Under the pieces are notes generated by a model, which had not been told where the DNA came from, made no database searches, and was given only the letters and a program-made list of their open reading frames with translations. The translations under genes were made by a program, and so were the position numbers. 64,000 nt of DNA from an uncultured virus (IMG/VR IMGVR_UViG_3300031963_000091) (lineage: Duplodnaviria; Heunggongvirae; Uroviricota; Caudoviricetes): IMG/VR virus record IMGVR_UViG_3300031963_000091. One strand, 5' to 3'. Shown piece by piece: positions 1 to 10,016 of the stretch (its first letter is position 1; every line of letters begins with the position of its first letter).

Positions 1-1285
1 TCGTTTTTACACCATCGTCCTTGAGTAAGGAGTAGGCAAAATCGTAATAAACGATTTCTTCTTTTTTCTTTGAGAGGTCTTCGAATGTTTTTTGGAGATT
101 GGTTTGAAATTCTTCTAGCTTCTCATGTTCAGTATTTCGGTTTTCAAGTTGTTCGGTAATAGTTTGAATTTCATTTTCAAGATCTCGGATTTGTCGTTGG
201 TTAAGCGATACCCGAGTATTGTTTTGAGAAATCTCATGGTTGAGTTTCGTAATCTCCTTGGAAAGTGCGTTGAATTGACGCTCTCGTTCCTGTTCGAACT
301 TGATGGTGTTTTCGAGTTCTTCGTAACCTTCCTTTAGTTCCTTTGCTTTATTTTGAGCGTCTGTAATTCTATTTAACCGAAACTCTTCTTCAATAGTCTG
401 TGTACAAGTAGGGCAGACCGTATTTTCTGTAAAAAATTTGTGCTCTTTAGTGATCACAGATACTTTTTGTGAGATTTTCCCCTTAAGGTTGTTAAGCTTT
501 ACTAACTTATCTCCAGCACCAATGACTTCTTCTTGCTCTTTGGTAAACTTATAAATCTTCTCTTCAGTTTTGGCATTCTCACTGATGTAAACACCAACTT
601 CATCGTCTAACTTGGCAATCTTTTCCTTATTGGCATTAATATTGGCATTACCACGATTTTCAAGTTCCTCAATGAAGTTTTGCTGCATCTTCATTTTATC
701 CTTGAGATTTTCTTTCTTTAACTCAAGGGATTTAACCTGATCTTTTTGGGTACGAATTTTGTCTTTAATCAAATTATTCATCGCAGAAAAAATACGAATG
801 TCCAGAAGATCTTCAATCACTTCACGACGATTTGCTGTTGTCAACTGCATAAAAGGAACAAAAGTACTACTACCCAAAATAACAATTTGAGTAAAAGACT
901 TATAGTTTACCTTAAGAATATTTTCCTCTAGAATTTTTTGGTTGGCACGATCATCCGCTTCTTTATGAAGAGGATTACCATTTACCTCAATATCAAAAAC
1001 ATTTGGTTTGATGCCACGACGAACAAGATAATCCCTATTATTTACAGAAAACTCAATCTCAACCAAACAATCTTTTTCATTGGTTGTATTGGCTAACTGT
1101 GGTTTATTAATCTTACGAAATGGTTTATTAAAAAGAACAAATGTTAAAGCATCCAGGATGGTGGATTTACCAGCCCCATTTGTTCCAATAATCAAATTGG
1201 TATGATTCTTTTCAAAGTCAATTTCAGTAAATTGATTTCCAGAGGAAAGAAAATTTTTATACCTAATCTTGTGAAATACTAACAT
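1..1285 (-). CDS. g46: Recombination endonuclease subunit gp46 (SbcC/Rad50-like ATPase); 5' part only, runs off the window edge
   Basis: Hand translation from the ATG at 1285 gives MLVFHKIRYKNFLSSGN...GTNGAGKST (Walker A), then a coiled coil and the CPTC zinc hook near 410. Lies downstream of g47. Not in the ORF track because it is incomplete. Confidence 0.95.
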   Translation of the reverse strand, partial: MLVFHKIRYKNFLSSGNQFTEIDFEKNHTNLIIGTNGAGKSTILDALTFVLFNKPFRKINKPQLANTTNEKDCLVEIEFSVNNRDYLVRRGIKPNVFDIEVNGNPLHKEADDRANQKILEENILKVNYKSFTQIVILGSSTFVPFMQLTTANRREVIEDLLDIRIFSAMNNLIKDKIRTQKDQVKSLELKKENLKDKMKMQQNFIEELENRGNANINANKEKIAKLDDEVGVYISENAKTEEKIYKFTKEQEEVIGAGDKLVKLNNLKGKISQKVSVITKEHKFFTENTVCPTCTQTIEEEFRLNRITDAQNKAKELKEGYEELENTIKFEQERERQFNALSKEITKLNHEISQNNTRVSLNQRQIRDLENEIQTITEQLENRNTEHEKLEEFQTNLQKTFEDLSKKKEEIVYYDFAYSLLKDDGVKT

Positions 1286-1538
1286 TTTTTGGGGGGATTA
1301 CAATATCGTCAGGGGTGATCACGGCATACTTGTAATTATAAAACTTACAAGTCTTTATGGCAAGTTCGGCATCAACCTCTACTACATCCATTTCAGTTTC
1401 TTCTTGATCTTCAAGCATCAAAGCATAACGGGTGGCGTCATCCTCATCCTCAAATAGAAATAAAACTTTGTGACCGTATTGGTCTTGGACTGCGTATGCT
1501 CCGTCGTCTTTTCTATCTTTGAGTGTAAGGAGAAACAT
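1263..1538 (-). CDS. Conserved acidic hypothetical protein between g47 and g46
   Basis: 91-aa ORF abutting g47 and overlapping the g46 start; typical cyanophage position. Confidence 0.8.
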   Translation of the reverse strand: MFLLTLKDRKDDGAYAVQDQYGHKVLFLFEDEDDATRYALMLEDQEETEMDVVEVDAELAIKTCKFYNYKYAVITPDDIVIPPKNVSISQD

Positions 1539-2573
1539 TTACTCCACCTCGCAAGCTTGCCTATAGAGATCTTGGAAAATACCTTTAATAATATTTTTGT
1601 CAAATTCAAATTCAGATTCTTCAATATAACGATTCAAAATTGACATTGTATTTTCTTCTTCATCAACTTCAAAATCTTCATTTTCCTGAATAACAAAGTT
1701 TTCTACAATTTTGAGATCCTGTACTCCAACATTATACAATTTGTCAATGAACTTTTCAAAATCTTTTGGTTTAGATTTTTTACGAACAATGACCTTGACA
1801 ATTTTGTTTTCATACTCCGTAGCATCAAACATTTGATGTGGAGTATCCTCATAATAAATGTTATAGAATAATTTATAAGGATTATTAATTGGGGTCAACT
1901 CTAGAGTTTCAGTATCAAAAATGTGAAATCCACGAGTATCATTCACATCTGTCCAATACATCTCATAAGGATTGCCTAGATAGAAGACTTTTCCATCAGA
2001 CGATCTAGTGTGATAGTGTCCCGAGAAGACATGGGTGAACTCTTCAAATAGTTCGCTTTGCAGACCATGCTCCATGATGAGTTGTCGATTAACTCTAAAT
2101 CCTTGGAGCTCAAGGTGCCCCATCGCAACCTTGCAAGAAGTCTTTTTGATAGTTTTGAGAGATAGTTCTTCATTTTCTTGATTAATCCAGGGCAAAAATA
2201 AAATATCTAATCCACCAACATTTACTTCGGTTGGTTTACTATAAGTTCTAATATTGGTATAAGTTTGAAGAAGTAATTCTGGTGAATTCACTTCATTGGT
2301 GTTCTTGTAATAGGTGTCGTGGTTGCCCACAATCATATGAACATCATATTTTTTAAGATTATTAAATACAACTCGCTTTGACCACTCAAGACTTTGATAA
2401 TCAATAGACTTACGACTATCAAAAGCATCACCCATGTGAATGACTGCTTCTACCCCATGTTCTTCAAGGGCAGGGAAAAATACATTCTTGTAAAAAAGTT
2501 CAAAATAATCATGAAGATACTTTGATCCTTTTTTGGCACCATAATGGGTGTCCGTGATTAAGCCGATACGCAT
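1539..2573 (-). CDS. g47: Recombination endonuclease subunit gp47 (Mre11/SbcD-like metallophosphoesterase)
   Basis: Phosphoesterase motifs DTHYG, GDAFD, GNHD and GHYH; adjacent to g46. Confidence 0.96.
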   Translation of the reverse strand: MRIGLITDTHYGAKKGSKYLHDYFELFYKNVFFPALEEHGVEAVIHMGDAFDSRKSIDYQSLEWSKRVVFNNLKKYDVHMIVGNHDTYYKNTNEVNSPELLLQTYTNIRTYSKPTEVNVGGLDILFLPWINQENEELSLKTIKKTSCKVAMGHLELQGFRVNRQLIMEHGLQSELFEEFTHVFSGHYHTRSSDGKVFYLGNPYEMYWTDVNDTRGFHIFDTETLELTPINNPYKLFYNIYYEDTPHQMFDATEYENKIVKVIVRKKSKPKDFEKFIDKLYNVGVQDLKIVENFVIQENEDFEVDEEENTMSILNRYIEESEFEFDKNIIKGIFQDLYRQACEVE

Positions 2574-2581
2574 AATAAGTC

Positions 2582-3166
2582 TTAACTAGATTTCAAATAT
2601 AGCACGGCAGATTCAAGAAAGTCAATGTTATCAAAAAACATTCCCAAACCAATATTACAATTTTTACACAACAATCCTCTAACTTTGCCAGTTTCGTGGT
2701 TATGGTCTACTGCTAAACTTTTTCCAGTAGAGCATTCACTATTACATATTTTACATTTTTTATTTTGGTCTTCTAATAAAAAATTATAATCTTCTAAAGT
2801 GATACCATAATTTGTTTGTAGATAAGTATCTTTTACATTTTCCTTATTGTTATGATAGTATTCTTTACATTTTTGTCTGGCAATATCATTCTTATATTGG
2901 TTTTGATATTTTTCAGAATTTTCTTCTCTCCATATATCCAATCTTTTTTTGACTTTCTCTTTAGTCCTATAAGGTTTCATCAATTCTTCGTTGTTAAGTT
3001 TTTCTAAACCTCTGGATATAGCACAAGGAGAACAACCAGAAGTGGACACATACTTTTCATAACTACCACAGTGCTTACAAGCAGTAGAACCAATATAAGT
3101 TTTCTTACCTTCTTCTATTGCTTGCAATCTATTTTGTCTTCCAACTCCACTATATTGATTGGGCAT
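2582..3166 (-). CDS. Endonuclease VII-like (His-Me finger) free-standing homing endonuclease
   Basis: C-terminal CKIC...LAVDHNHETGKVRGLLCKNCNIGLG endonuclease VII signature; N-terminal Cys pairs; inserted between g55 and g47. Confidence 0.85.
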   Translation of the reverse strand: MPNQYSGVGRQNRLQAIEEGKKTYIGSTACKHCGSYEKYVSTSGCSPCAISRGLEKLNNEELMKPYRTKEKVKKRLDIWREENSEKYQNQYKNDIARQKCKEYYHNNKENVKDTYLQTNYGITLEDYNFLLEDQNKKCKICNSECSTGKSLAVDHNHETGKVRGLLCKNCNIGLGMFFDNIDFLESAVLYLKSS

Positions 3167-3187
3167 AATGCTCCGTAATGTTATAGT

Positions 3188-3195
3188 TATTTATA
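3188..3195 (-). promoter_or_regulatory. T4-type late promoter TATAAATA upstream of the endonuclease VII-like gene
   Basis: Exact TATAAATA on the minus strand about 22 bp before the ATG. Confidence 0.75.
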
Positions 3196-3207
3196 CACTA
3201 TGGTGCT

Positions 3208-3723
3208 CTATCTAGACTTATACTGAATAGCATCCTTAATACTATTATAGTCCGAACTATGCCCAGAAAGCAAGCTATCGTCAACCATCATAACCTCATC
3301 AAACCCTGTGCGTTCAATGATTTTTGATTTAATATCTAACTGCTTTTTCTCTTTTTGAATTCTTCTCAAAAATGCATAGTGAATAATTTGAGTAAAGTAG
3401 GCAAAAGGATTCTTTGACTTTTCTGGGTCAAAATTATGAATATATTGAACACAGTTTTCAATGCCATCAGAAATCATATCATCCCGAAACATGTAGTTGA
3501 CAAAGTTTGGTTTGTATGAAAGGTGTGTGGCAATCTTTAGAAAACATTCTCCCAGATAGTTTGGAATTTGGGGTTTACCTTCCCAGTGCTTTGCCCTGTC
3601 TTCTTTAGTAGCTTTCCTATCGTTTCGTTGATAAAAATCTTTTTCAACTTTTGATTTATAAACGATCAGTGCTTCTAGAAGCTCTTTGTTGTTGACATAA
3701 TGTTCTGATTTCTTTTTTGGCAT
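3208..3723 (-). CDS. g55: Late-transcription sigma factor gp55
   Basis: HYVNNKELL, YLGECFLKIATHLSYKPNFVNYMFRDDMISDGIENC and NPFAYFTQI motifs. Start taken at ATG 3723; the ORF track extends it to 3738. Confidence 0.96.
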   Translation of the reverse strand: MPKKKSEHYVNNKELLEALIVYKSKVEKDFYQRNDRKATKEDRAKHWEGKPQIPNYLGECFLKIATHLSYKPNFVNYMFRDDMISDGIENCVQYIHNFDPEKSKNPFAYFTQIIHYAFLRRIQKEKKQLDIKSKIIERTGFDEVMMVDDSLLSGHSSDYNSIKDAIQYKSR

Positions 3724-3756
3724 GACATTGTTATTCAATTAAAAAATGTTATGTAT

Positions 3757-3784
3757 ATTATACCATACTTTAAGGGCTTGACAA
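3757..3784 (-). promoter_or_regulatory. Sigma70-like promoter for g55
   Basis: TTGTCA-N16-TATAAT with a TG extension on the minus strand. Confidence 0.6.
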
Positions 3785-3832
3785 CATCTTAAATTGTGTG
3801 TAGACTACCTTTGTCCCGGTTGAAGATGGGGT

Positions 3833-4243
3833 TTAGCTTTCTTTAAGACCTTTAAAGATCTTTTCAAGTTTTTCTCTAGCATCCTCTACTGAAGATATGT
3901 AACCCATCTTATTTGAGACTTTAACTTCTCCACTAGATCTGTATAATTCTATATCATCATCTTCATCGTTAATATAAGAGTTATACACATCAATGACTTT
4001 ACTATCTTTTGTTTCAGTCATAGTAATTACTCTATCAAGTTTTATGATAAAGATATCATCTTCTGATAATTCCATCCAAGGCTTTACTTTGATATAAGAT
4101 CCAGTTGGTGAATGAATCATTTTCATAGTAAGAGGATTTTGAAGAATAATTACAGGATCTCCATCGTTCTCATCAATAGAAATAAGAGCAATAATTTCTT
4201 CTCCAGATATTAGTTTTATAATTGCGTAAAACTCTTCTTCCAT
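3833..4243 (-). CDS. Conserved cyanophage hypothetical protein downstream of uvsW
   Basis: 136-aa ORF, TAATG-coupled to uvsW; begins FYAIIKLISGEEII. Confidence 0.8.
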   Translation of the reverse strand: MEEEFYAIIKLISGEEIIALISIDENDGDPVIILQNPLTMKMIHSPTGSYIKVKPWMELSEDDIFIIKLDRVITMTETKDSKVIDVYNSYINDEDDDIELYRSSGEVKVSNKMGYISSVEDAREKLEKIFKGLKES

Positions 4244-5706
4244 TAGTTCTTGAGTGGAATATTTACAATATCATAATTAAAGTTTTCTTCGTTATAAACT
4301 TTGATTCTTTCTATTAGATGGTTAAGAGTATAATTTTTTCTTGATTTATAACTGATATCATCGGCAATGTCATATAGAGTTGCTTTAGTCTTATTATCGC
4401 CTTTTCTTAAGACTCTACCGATAGATTGAAGATTTCTGATCCTTGATTTGGATGGTGAAGCAAAAATAACATTATGTAAATTTTTAATATTAATACCCGT
4501 AGAAAAAGTTCCGTAAGAAGCAACGATAATTGCGTTGTTTTCTTTTTCAGTAATTTCTCTAACTTTTTCTCGGTCTTCCGTATCCACTCCACCATGTACA
4601 AAAAATACATGGCGATTATCAGTGATATTCTTATTTATGAGATCGTATAGAGGTTGACCATGACCTTCTACTCGTGAAAATAGAATCAAAGTATTCCCTT
4701 TAAGATCAAGGGCAAGGTTCTTAATAAACTTGTTTCTCTTTTCATGATTGATGATATATTGAACTTCATCCTCAAAAGTTTCAAACTTATTTGGTGGGTG
4801 TTTCAATAGAAGTATATTGATATCCAGTTTGGCAACATGACCCTTCTGCATCAGTTCTTCTGTTCTGATAATCTTATAAGAAGGACCAAATAAACCTTCT
4901 AGAACCCACTTGTGTGTTTGTGTTCCGTCTAAAGTTCCTGTAAAACCGTAACGAAATTTAGCATCAGAAAGTTTTGTCATTATAGATATTAGAGACTTTG
5001 ATTTAAACTGGTGTGCCTCATCTCCAACAACCACATTAAATCTTGAAAAGTATTGACGGGGAAGTTTGTAGATAGACTGCCAGGTAGTGATAATCACCTG
5101 TGAATCAGTCTCCCTTTCTTTCCCCGCATAAATTTTGTGGCAAAATGAACCTACATCCCAACCGTAGTCTGCAAAGTCTTTATACATCTGTTCTACTAGG
5201 GAAGTCGTCGGAACGACTATCAGAGTATTTTGTCCTTTCTCAACGTAATATCTCACAATCGCATATATCATCAGGGACTTTCCTGAAGCAGTTGGAGATA
5301 TCAGCAGCTTTCTATTATGTTTTAAGGCGTCGTATACTCCCTCTACTTGATATTCGCGGGGAGAGTACTTGCAAATAGAAGTCATATAATCCTTGACTCC
5401 TTCCTTTGAAATCATATCATTGACTTCAAATGGTAAACCATAGAACTTATTATTTACAAATTCATAACTGTAATCATGAGTCTCACAAAATCTTGTAATT
5501 TTATCTAACAGACCTACATAAATTTCACCAGTCTGCGTATTAAATAGACGAATTTTTCCATCCCAGTGCCTGTTGCGAAACTGGGGCATAAATTTGGCAC
5601 CTGGTACATCAAATGTGAACTGATCTGCCAGTTCATAATAGACATGTGGTTCTGCTTTTACCTGAAGATATACCTCATTCTTTTTAGATATAATCAAGTG
5701 TGACAT
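4243..5706 (-). CDS. uvsW: UvsW DNA/RNA helicase
   Basis: SF2 motifs SPTASGKS, DEAH, TGT and QSIGRVLR; next to uvsY. Confidence 0.96.
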   Translation of the reverse strand: MSHLIISKKNEVYLQVKAEPHVYYELADQFTFDVPGAKFMPQFRNRHWDGKIRLFNTQTGEIYVGLLDKITRFCETHDYSYEFVNNKFYGLPFEVNDMISKEGVKDYMTSICKYSPREYQVEGVYDALKHNRKLLISPTASGKSLMIYAIVRYYVEKGQNTLIVVPTTSLVEQMYKDFADYGWDVGSFCHKIYAGKERETDSQVIITTWQSIYKLPRQYFSRFNVVVGDEAHQFKSKSLISIMTKLSDAKFRYGFTGTLDGTQTHKWVLEGLFGPSYKIIRTEELMQKGHVAKLDINILLLKHPPNKFETFEDEVQYIINHEKRNKFIKNLALDLKGNTLILFSRVEGHGQPLYDLINKNITDNRHVFFVHGGVDTEDREKVREITEKENNAIIVASYGTFSTGINIKNLHNVIFASPSKSRIRNLQSIGRVLRKGDNKTKATLYDIADDISYKSRKNYTLNHLIERIKVYNEENFNYDIVNIPLKN

Positions 5707-5740
5707 AAGTTCATATCAATACAAAAATATTTATTGACAT

Positions 5741-5764
5741 AAAAAAAGGGGTCAATTGAACCCC
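5741..5764 (-). terminator. Rho-independent terminator after uvsY
   Basis: Minus strand GGGGT-TCAATTG-ACCCC followed by T7. Confidence 0.7.
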
Positions 5765-6183
5765 GATTGAAACTTATGCCACTCTAGAGCATTTTTAATT
5801 TGAAAAGTCCTATTTGATATACACTTAATAACTTCCTCAAGAAACTTAAGCATAATGTCATAGTATCTGATTTTAAGTTCTACTTTGGAGAGTTTCTCAT
5901 CCCCGTCCATATGCCTCTGTAGTGCCTCTTTGTCCCGAACTTTGTATGGGAATGGTTCTTCTTCGTAGACCTCTATAGGTGCCTTTCCTGTGTAGTAGTT
6001 GTAACGCTCAAGTTTGACTCTGTTGTAAGTTTCTCTTGCTTTCTCGCGTAATAGAGTAATTGTATTATAGATGGTATAATATTTGGAATGAAGTTGAGGA
6101 ATTTTTAAAGATTCATCATGTAAATTGTCAGGATCAATGACAGAATCTCTCTGCCACATTTCCTGAATCTCATCAAGATTCAT
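5752..6183 (-). CDS. uvsY: UvsY recombination mediator
   Basis: MNLDEIQEMWQRDSVID...KIPQLHSKY...NRTFQIKNALEW; position between g3 and uvsW. Confidence 0.92.
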   Translation of the reverse strand: MNLDEIQEMWQRDSVIDPDNLHDESLKIPQLHSKYYTIYNTITLLREKARETYNRVKLERYNYYTGKAPIEVYEEEPFPYKVRDKEALQRHMDGDEKLSKVELKIRYYDIMLKFLEEVIKCISNRTFQIKNALEWHKFQSGFN

Positions 6184-6725
6184 AGAAGATTGCCGCTTGT
6201 ATCAACGATATTATAGACAGTATACTTGAAGGTTGCCTCTGCTGTAAAGTATTGAATATCAGTTACTGTAGAATCAAAATCCAAAGATGTCAATGAAATT
6301 GGAAATAAGTCTTTAAATTTTACATCTCCTACGGTTCTATAGTTTGAATTTAAAATACTTAATGATCCGTCACTATACTGCTCCTTTAAATCACGGATTC
6401 CATCAGAGTTAGTTGTTTGATTTTTAAATTGTTGTGTAGTTTCTGGAAATCCTAAACCAGTAATCCAATTATGAATTGACATATAGTTTTCAAGATTTTC
6501 ATCAACTAAAAATCTAACGCTTAAATCACCATAGGTTATTTTCTCACCAGGTACATCAAGATCTTTGAGATATGATGGTTGAATTGCTGTACCTAAACTT
6601 AATTCTGGTATTCTTGATGAATTACAAAAGAATGAAACTTTTGGATACTTTGCCAGTGTAAATTTAAATCCGACTGGGGATAAAAAGTTTCTATTCTGTA
6701 TTTGATTACTAAATGCTGACGCCAT
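6180..6725 (-). CDS. g3: Tail tube terminator / tail completion protein gp3
   Basis: NRNFLSPVGFKF...FLVDENLENY motifs; directly downstream of g23 as in cyanomyoviruses. Confidence 0.88.
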   Translation of the reverse strand: MASAFSNQIQNRNFLSPVGFKFTLAKYPKVSFFCNSSRIPELSLGTAIQPSYLKDLDVPGEKITYGDLSVRFLVDENLENYMSIHNWITGLGFPETTQQFKNQTTNSDGIRDLKEQYSDGSLSILNSNYRTVGDVKFKDLFPISLTSLDFDSTVTDIQYFTAEATFKYTVYNIVDTSGNLL

Positions 6726-6747
6726 CGCGTTTTATTTTTATTTAGAT

Positions 6748-6774
6748 AAAAAAAGAGACCCTTTCGGGTCTCTT
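6748..6774 (-). terminator. Rho-independent terminator after g23
   Basis: Minus strand AGAGACCC-GAAA-GGGTCTC followed by a T-tract. Confidence 0.9.
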
Positions 6775-6798
6775 GAATGGAATTGTGAACCTGATGGA

Positions 6799-8184
6799 TC
6801 ACATAAGGTTTGCGACCTTGACTCTTCTGTAGTAAACGTTGGAGTTTCTTGAGAGAACGCCAGGATCGGTGAGGGTAGCACCCTTTGCGAATGGGTTGGC
6901 AACAATTCCATAACGGGTCTTGAAGCCAATCTTTGGCTGGAAGGAGTTCTCGCCAACGGCACGTACCATCTGAAGAGGTACATAAGGGCAATAGAACAGA
7001 CCAGCATCATAAGGGGAAGAACCCTTATAACCAGCAACATAGTACTGGGTTGATGAGTTGTTAGCAGCGTATGGGTCAATGTATACGCGATACTTACCAG
7101 CAAGAACACCTGCGAAGGTGTTGCCAGTGTCATCAACATTAAGGTTTGCGTTGAGTGCTGGGGTGTAATCAAGAACACCTGCCATGGTGAGTGCCGAAGC
7201 AACGTCAGCAGAGCAGAGGATCATGTTGCCCTTTCCTCTACGAGTTCTTTGAGCGATCTGGTTGGCATCACGCTCGATCTGGAAGATCAGACCTTTGAAC
7301 TTCTCAACAGACCAACGACCGTTGGAGTCAACGTCGAGGTCAAAAGTACCAGCGGTTGCTACGTTCTGGGTTGCGCCAGTTTCAGCAACATTATAGATGG
7401 TACGGATAACTTCGCGGTTGATTTCAGCGAGGATTTCAGTTGACAGAATGTTTGCCAACTCAGCCTCGGCATTAAGACCATGAATTGCCTTAAGGTCTTG
7501 TGCGAGTTCCAAGCTGTACTCAGCCTTCAGTGCTCTTGAGCGAGCGGTAACGGTGACTTTCTCAATCGAGAATGCCATTTCGTTGAAAGCAGGTGAGCTG
7601 TTAAGAGCTTCTGCTTCATCGGTACGCATACCTTGACCTACGTTGTAGGTAGTTGCGGTTGCGGAACCGATTGGGTTCAGAGCACCTGGGTTGGTGCCTG
7701 ACTGTGCGGTAGTACCAAGACCAACGCTACCATCAACCCAACCATCGGTTTCAGCGAAGGTTGAACCTTGACCAGAGAATGCGGAATCTACTTCACCGTA
7801 GAATGCTTCCGAACCAGACTGGTTGGTGTAGCGTGAACGCATTGCGAAGATGAGTCCAGTAGGACCGTTCATTGGTTGAACGCCAGCGAGGTCATAAGCG
7901 ACCAGGTTAGGCATTGAGCGTCTGATCAGGGAGATCAGAACAGGGTCAAAACCAGCAACAGGCGATGAAGCACCAGCAGAGAAACCTGCGTTGGCACCGG
8001 TGTTGGTGTTGACAGTTGGGGTTTCGTAAAGGAACTCACGCTCTTCGCGGAGTGCTTTTTCTTGGTTCTCCAGGAGAACGGCAGTTACCATTCTACGATG
8101 TGAATCTTTGATTGGATCAAGACCTTCGTAGTCAAGGAGTGGTGCCCACTTCTCCTGCAGATGTTCTTGGTTGAACATTTGCAT
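6799..8184 (-). CDS. g23: Major capsid protein gp23
   Basis: KWAPLLD, GVQPMNGPTGLIFAMR, ELANILSTEILAEINREV and FQPKIGFKTRYG. Confidence 0.99.
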   Translation of the reverse strand: MQMFNQEHLQEKWAPLLDYEGLDPIKDSHRRMVTAVLLENQEKALREEREFLYETPTVNTNTGANAGFSAGASSPVAGFDPVLISLIRRSMPNLVAYDLAGVQPMNGPTGLIFAMRSRYTNQSGSEAFYGEVDSAFSGQGSTFAETDGWVDGSVGLGTTAQSGTNPGALNPIGSATATTYNVGQGMRTDEAEALNSSPAFNEMAFSIEKVTVTARSRALKAEYSLELAQDLKAIHGLNAEAELANILSTEILAEINREVIRTIYNVAETGATQNVATAGTFDLDVDSNGRWSVEKFKGLIFQIERDANQIAQRTRRGKGNMILCSADVASALTMAGVLDYTPALNANLNVDDTGNTFAGVLAGKYRVYIDPYAANNSSTQYYVAGYKGSSPYDAGLFYCPYVPLQMVRAVGENSFQPKIGFKTRYGIVANPFAKGATLTDPGVLSRNSNVYYRRVKVANLM

Positions 8185-8232
8185 TTGATTTTACCTCTTT
8201 TGAAAAAATTAGTTTGAACTATAATCTAAAAA

Positions 8233-9324
8233 TCACTTTTTAGAGACTCTCTTCAGGCTCTGAAGATAGGATTCCATTAAACCAGAAACTGGTTGATAAT
8301 CGGAGTTTGTGCTTTCTTCAGAAAGATTTTCTGAAGCATCTCTTTGAGTACCAGCGTTGGTTGGGAAATATGATTCCCTCAACGTTACTAGCTTCTCACG
8401 ATAGTCTTCTTCACTTTCAAACTCAACATTTTCAGCAAGAGAAGCGAGTTTGTCCTTCTGTGAAAGTGCAAGACCTTCAGCGACTTCAGCAAAGATTACA
8501 TCAGCAACTGACTCGGCTAATCTCCTATTAAGAGCAACATTTCTTTCGATTTGCTCGTTGAGTTTTGCTTCCATTTCATCAAGTTTATCTACCATGCTCT
8601 CGATGACATCATATCTATCTTCAGGGATTGTTACATAATGATCTTCAAAAAGACTCTTCATTCCGGCAAGGAATGATTCGGTCATTTCAGTCTTAAGACC
8701 GTGCTCAACTGCGAGTGCATTTTCTTGGATCCACTCGTCAGCAACATACTCAAGGTAAGAGTCAACTCTATCGGTCAACTCTTCTTTGATTGAGGATACT
8801 TGCTCAATTAAAGACTCTTCATATTGTGATTGAAGTTGCTCTTTTACTTCGGCAACTTTTGCTTTGATAGCAGTTTCAAAAATGGTACGTGCCTTTTCTT
8901 GGAACTCTTCAGAAAGCTCTTCACCAGCGAGGAGAGCATTGACATCTTCTTCAATGTCATACTCTTCAGTTGCTTCTTCTACAACTTCTTCCTCTTCAAC
9001 TTCCAGAGCCTCTTCAGACTCTAGATCTTCTTCGGTTGCTTCCTCTTCCTCGTCATCTGCTTCCTCTGACATTTTTTTCATAGGATCAGCAGACTTGGCA
9101 CCCTTGTTTACAACATCTTTAACTTGTGAAAGTGTTGCAGCAGGCTCCTTGAGTTTGGCGGAGTCGTCATCCGACTTATAATTTTCTGGAGTAGGACCAC
9201 CGAGATCTTCCCAATTGCCAGTTTGACCTGGAGTATCCAGACTCAACTTTGGCATTGGATCGGCGGATTTTGCTCCTTTGGTTACTACGTTTTCCATTTC
9301 TTGTAAATTGCTACCAACGGACAT
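8233..9324 (-). CDS. g22: Prohead core scaffolding protein gp22
   Basis: Acidic coiled coil with LSEEFQEKARTIFETA and DSYLEYVADEW; between g21 and g23. Confidence 0.95.
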   Translation of the reverse strand: MSVGSNLQEMENVVTKGAKSADPMPKLSLDTPGQTGNWEDLGGPTPENYKSDDDSAKLKEPAATLSQVKDVVNKGAKSADPMKKMSEEADDEEEEATEEDLESEEALEVEEEEVVEEATEEYDIEEDVNALLAGEELSEEFQEKARTIFETAIKAKVAEVKEQLQSQYEESLIEQVSSIKEELTDRVDSYLEYVADEWIQENALAVEHGLKTEMTESFLAGMKSLFEDHYVTIPEDRYDVIESMVDKLDEMEAKLNEQIERNVALNRRLAESVADVIFAEVAEGLALSQKDKLASLAENVEFESEEDYREKLVTLRESYFPTNAGTQRDASENLSEESTNSDYQPVSGLMESYLQSLKRVSKK

Positions 9325-9354
9325 TTGTTTTAGATCTTTGATATAATCTATATT

Positions 9355-9362
9355 TATTTATA
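9355..9362 (-). promoter_or_regulatory. T4-type late promoter upstream of g22
   Basis: Exact TATAAATA on the minus strand. Confidence 0.75.
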
Positions 9363-9364
9363 AA

Positions 9365-10015
9365 TTATAGATTTGAGAGAAAATCGTTGAAAAGATTCAA
9401 CTTATGCTCTTCAAGTCTTTTTTGATCAACAAGTGTATTAATTCTTCTTTGAGTTTGCTCGGCAAGTTTTTCACGAAGAATACCACCTTCCCAAACCCAC
9501 TCTTTACCTTCCATAATTCCCTGAACAAAAGCATCAGGAGCAGAAGGATCGGCAACAATATCAGCAGCGGTTGCCAACATAAAATCTTCACCGACAATCT
9601 TATGACCTTCATTGGTCATCTTAAGTGAACCAACACCACGAGAAGAAACACCTAGAGTAACTCCTTCACCAATAAGAGATTTGGCAATCTTACCCATTGG
9701 AGTTTCTAGAAGTTGTGCCTTACCTCTAAAATTATTTCCTTCGGCAGTAAGAGAAACAATCTTGTGAGAAACACGATCAAGGTTTACTGTTGGACCATCT
9801 GGGTGTCCAAGTTCGCCAAGAGCACGACCTTTTTGAATAAAACTTTCATCATATCTCTTTACCTCACGGGAAAGAGTTTCCATAGGATACATTCTGCCAT
9901 TACGATTACAAATGTTACCTTGAAGGAACACTCCCTCAATGTACATTTTTTTCGTAGATCCTTTTCCTTCTACGATGAATTCTACTTTTTGAATTTCTTC
10001 TGTGATGAGTTTCAT
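9365..10015 (-). CDS. g21: Prohead protease gp21
   Basis: MKLITEE, NRNGRMYP, ALGELGHP, GVSSRGVGS and DIVADPSAPDAFV. Confidence 0.98.
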   Translation of the reverse strand: MKLITEEIQKVEFIVEGKGSTKKMYIEGVFLQGNICNRNGRMYPMETLSREVKRYDESFIQKGRALGELGHPDGPTVNLDRVSHKIVSLTAEGNNFRGKAQLLETPMGKIAKSLIGEGVTLGVSSRGVGSLKMTNEGHKIVGEDFMLATAADIVADPSAPDAFVQGIMEGKEWVWEGGILREKLAEQTQRRINTLVDQKRLEEHKLNLFNDFLSNL

Positions 10016-10016
10016 T

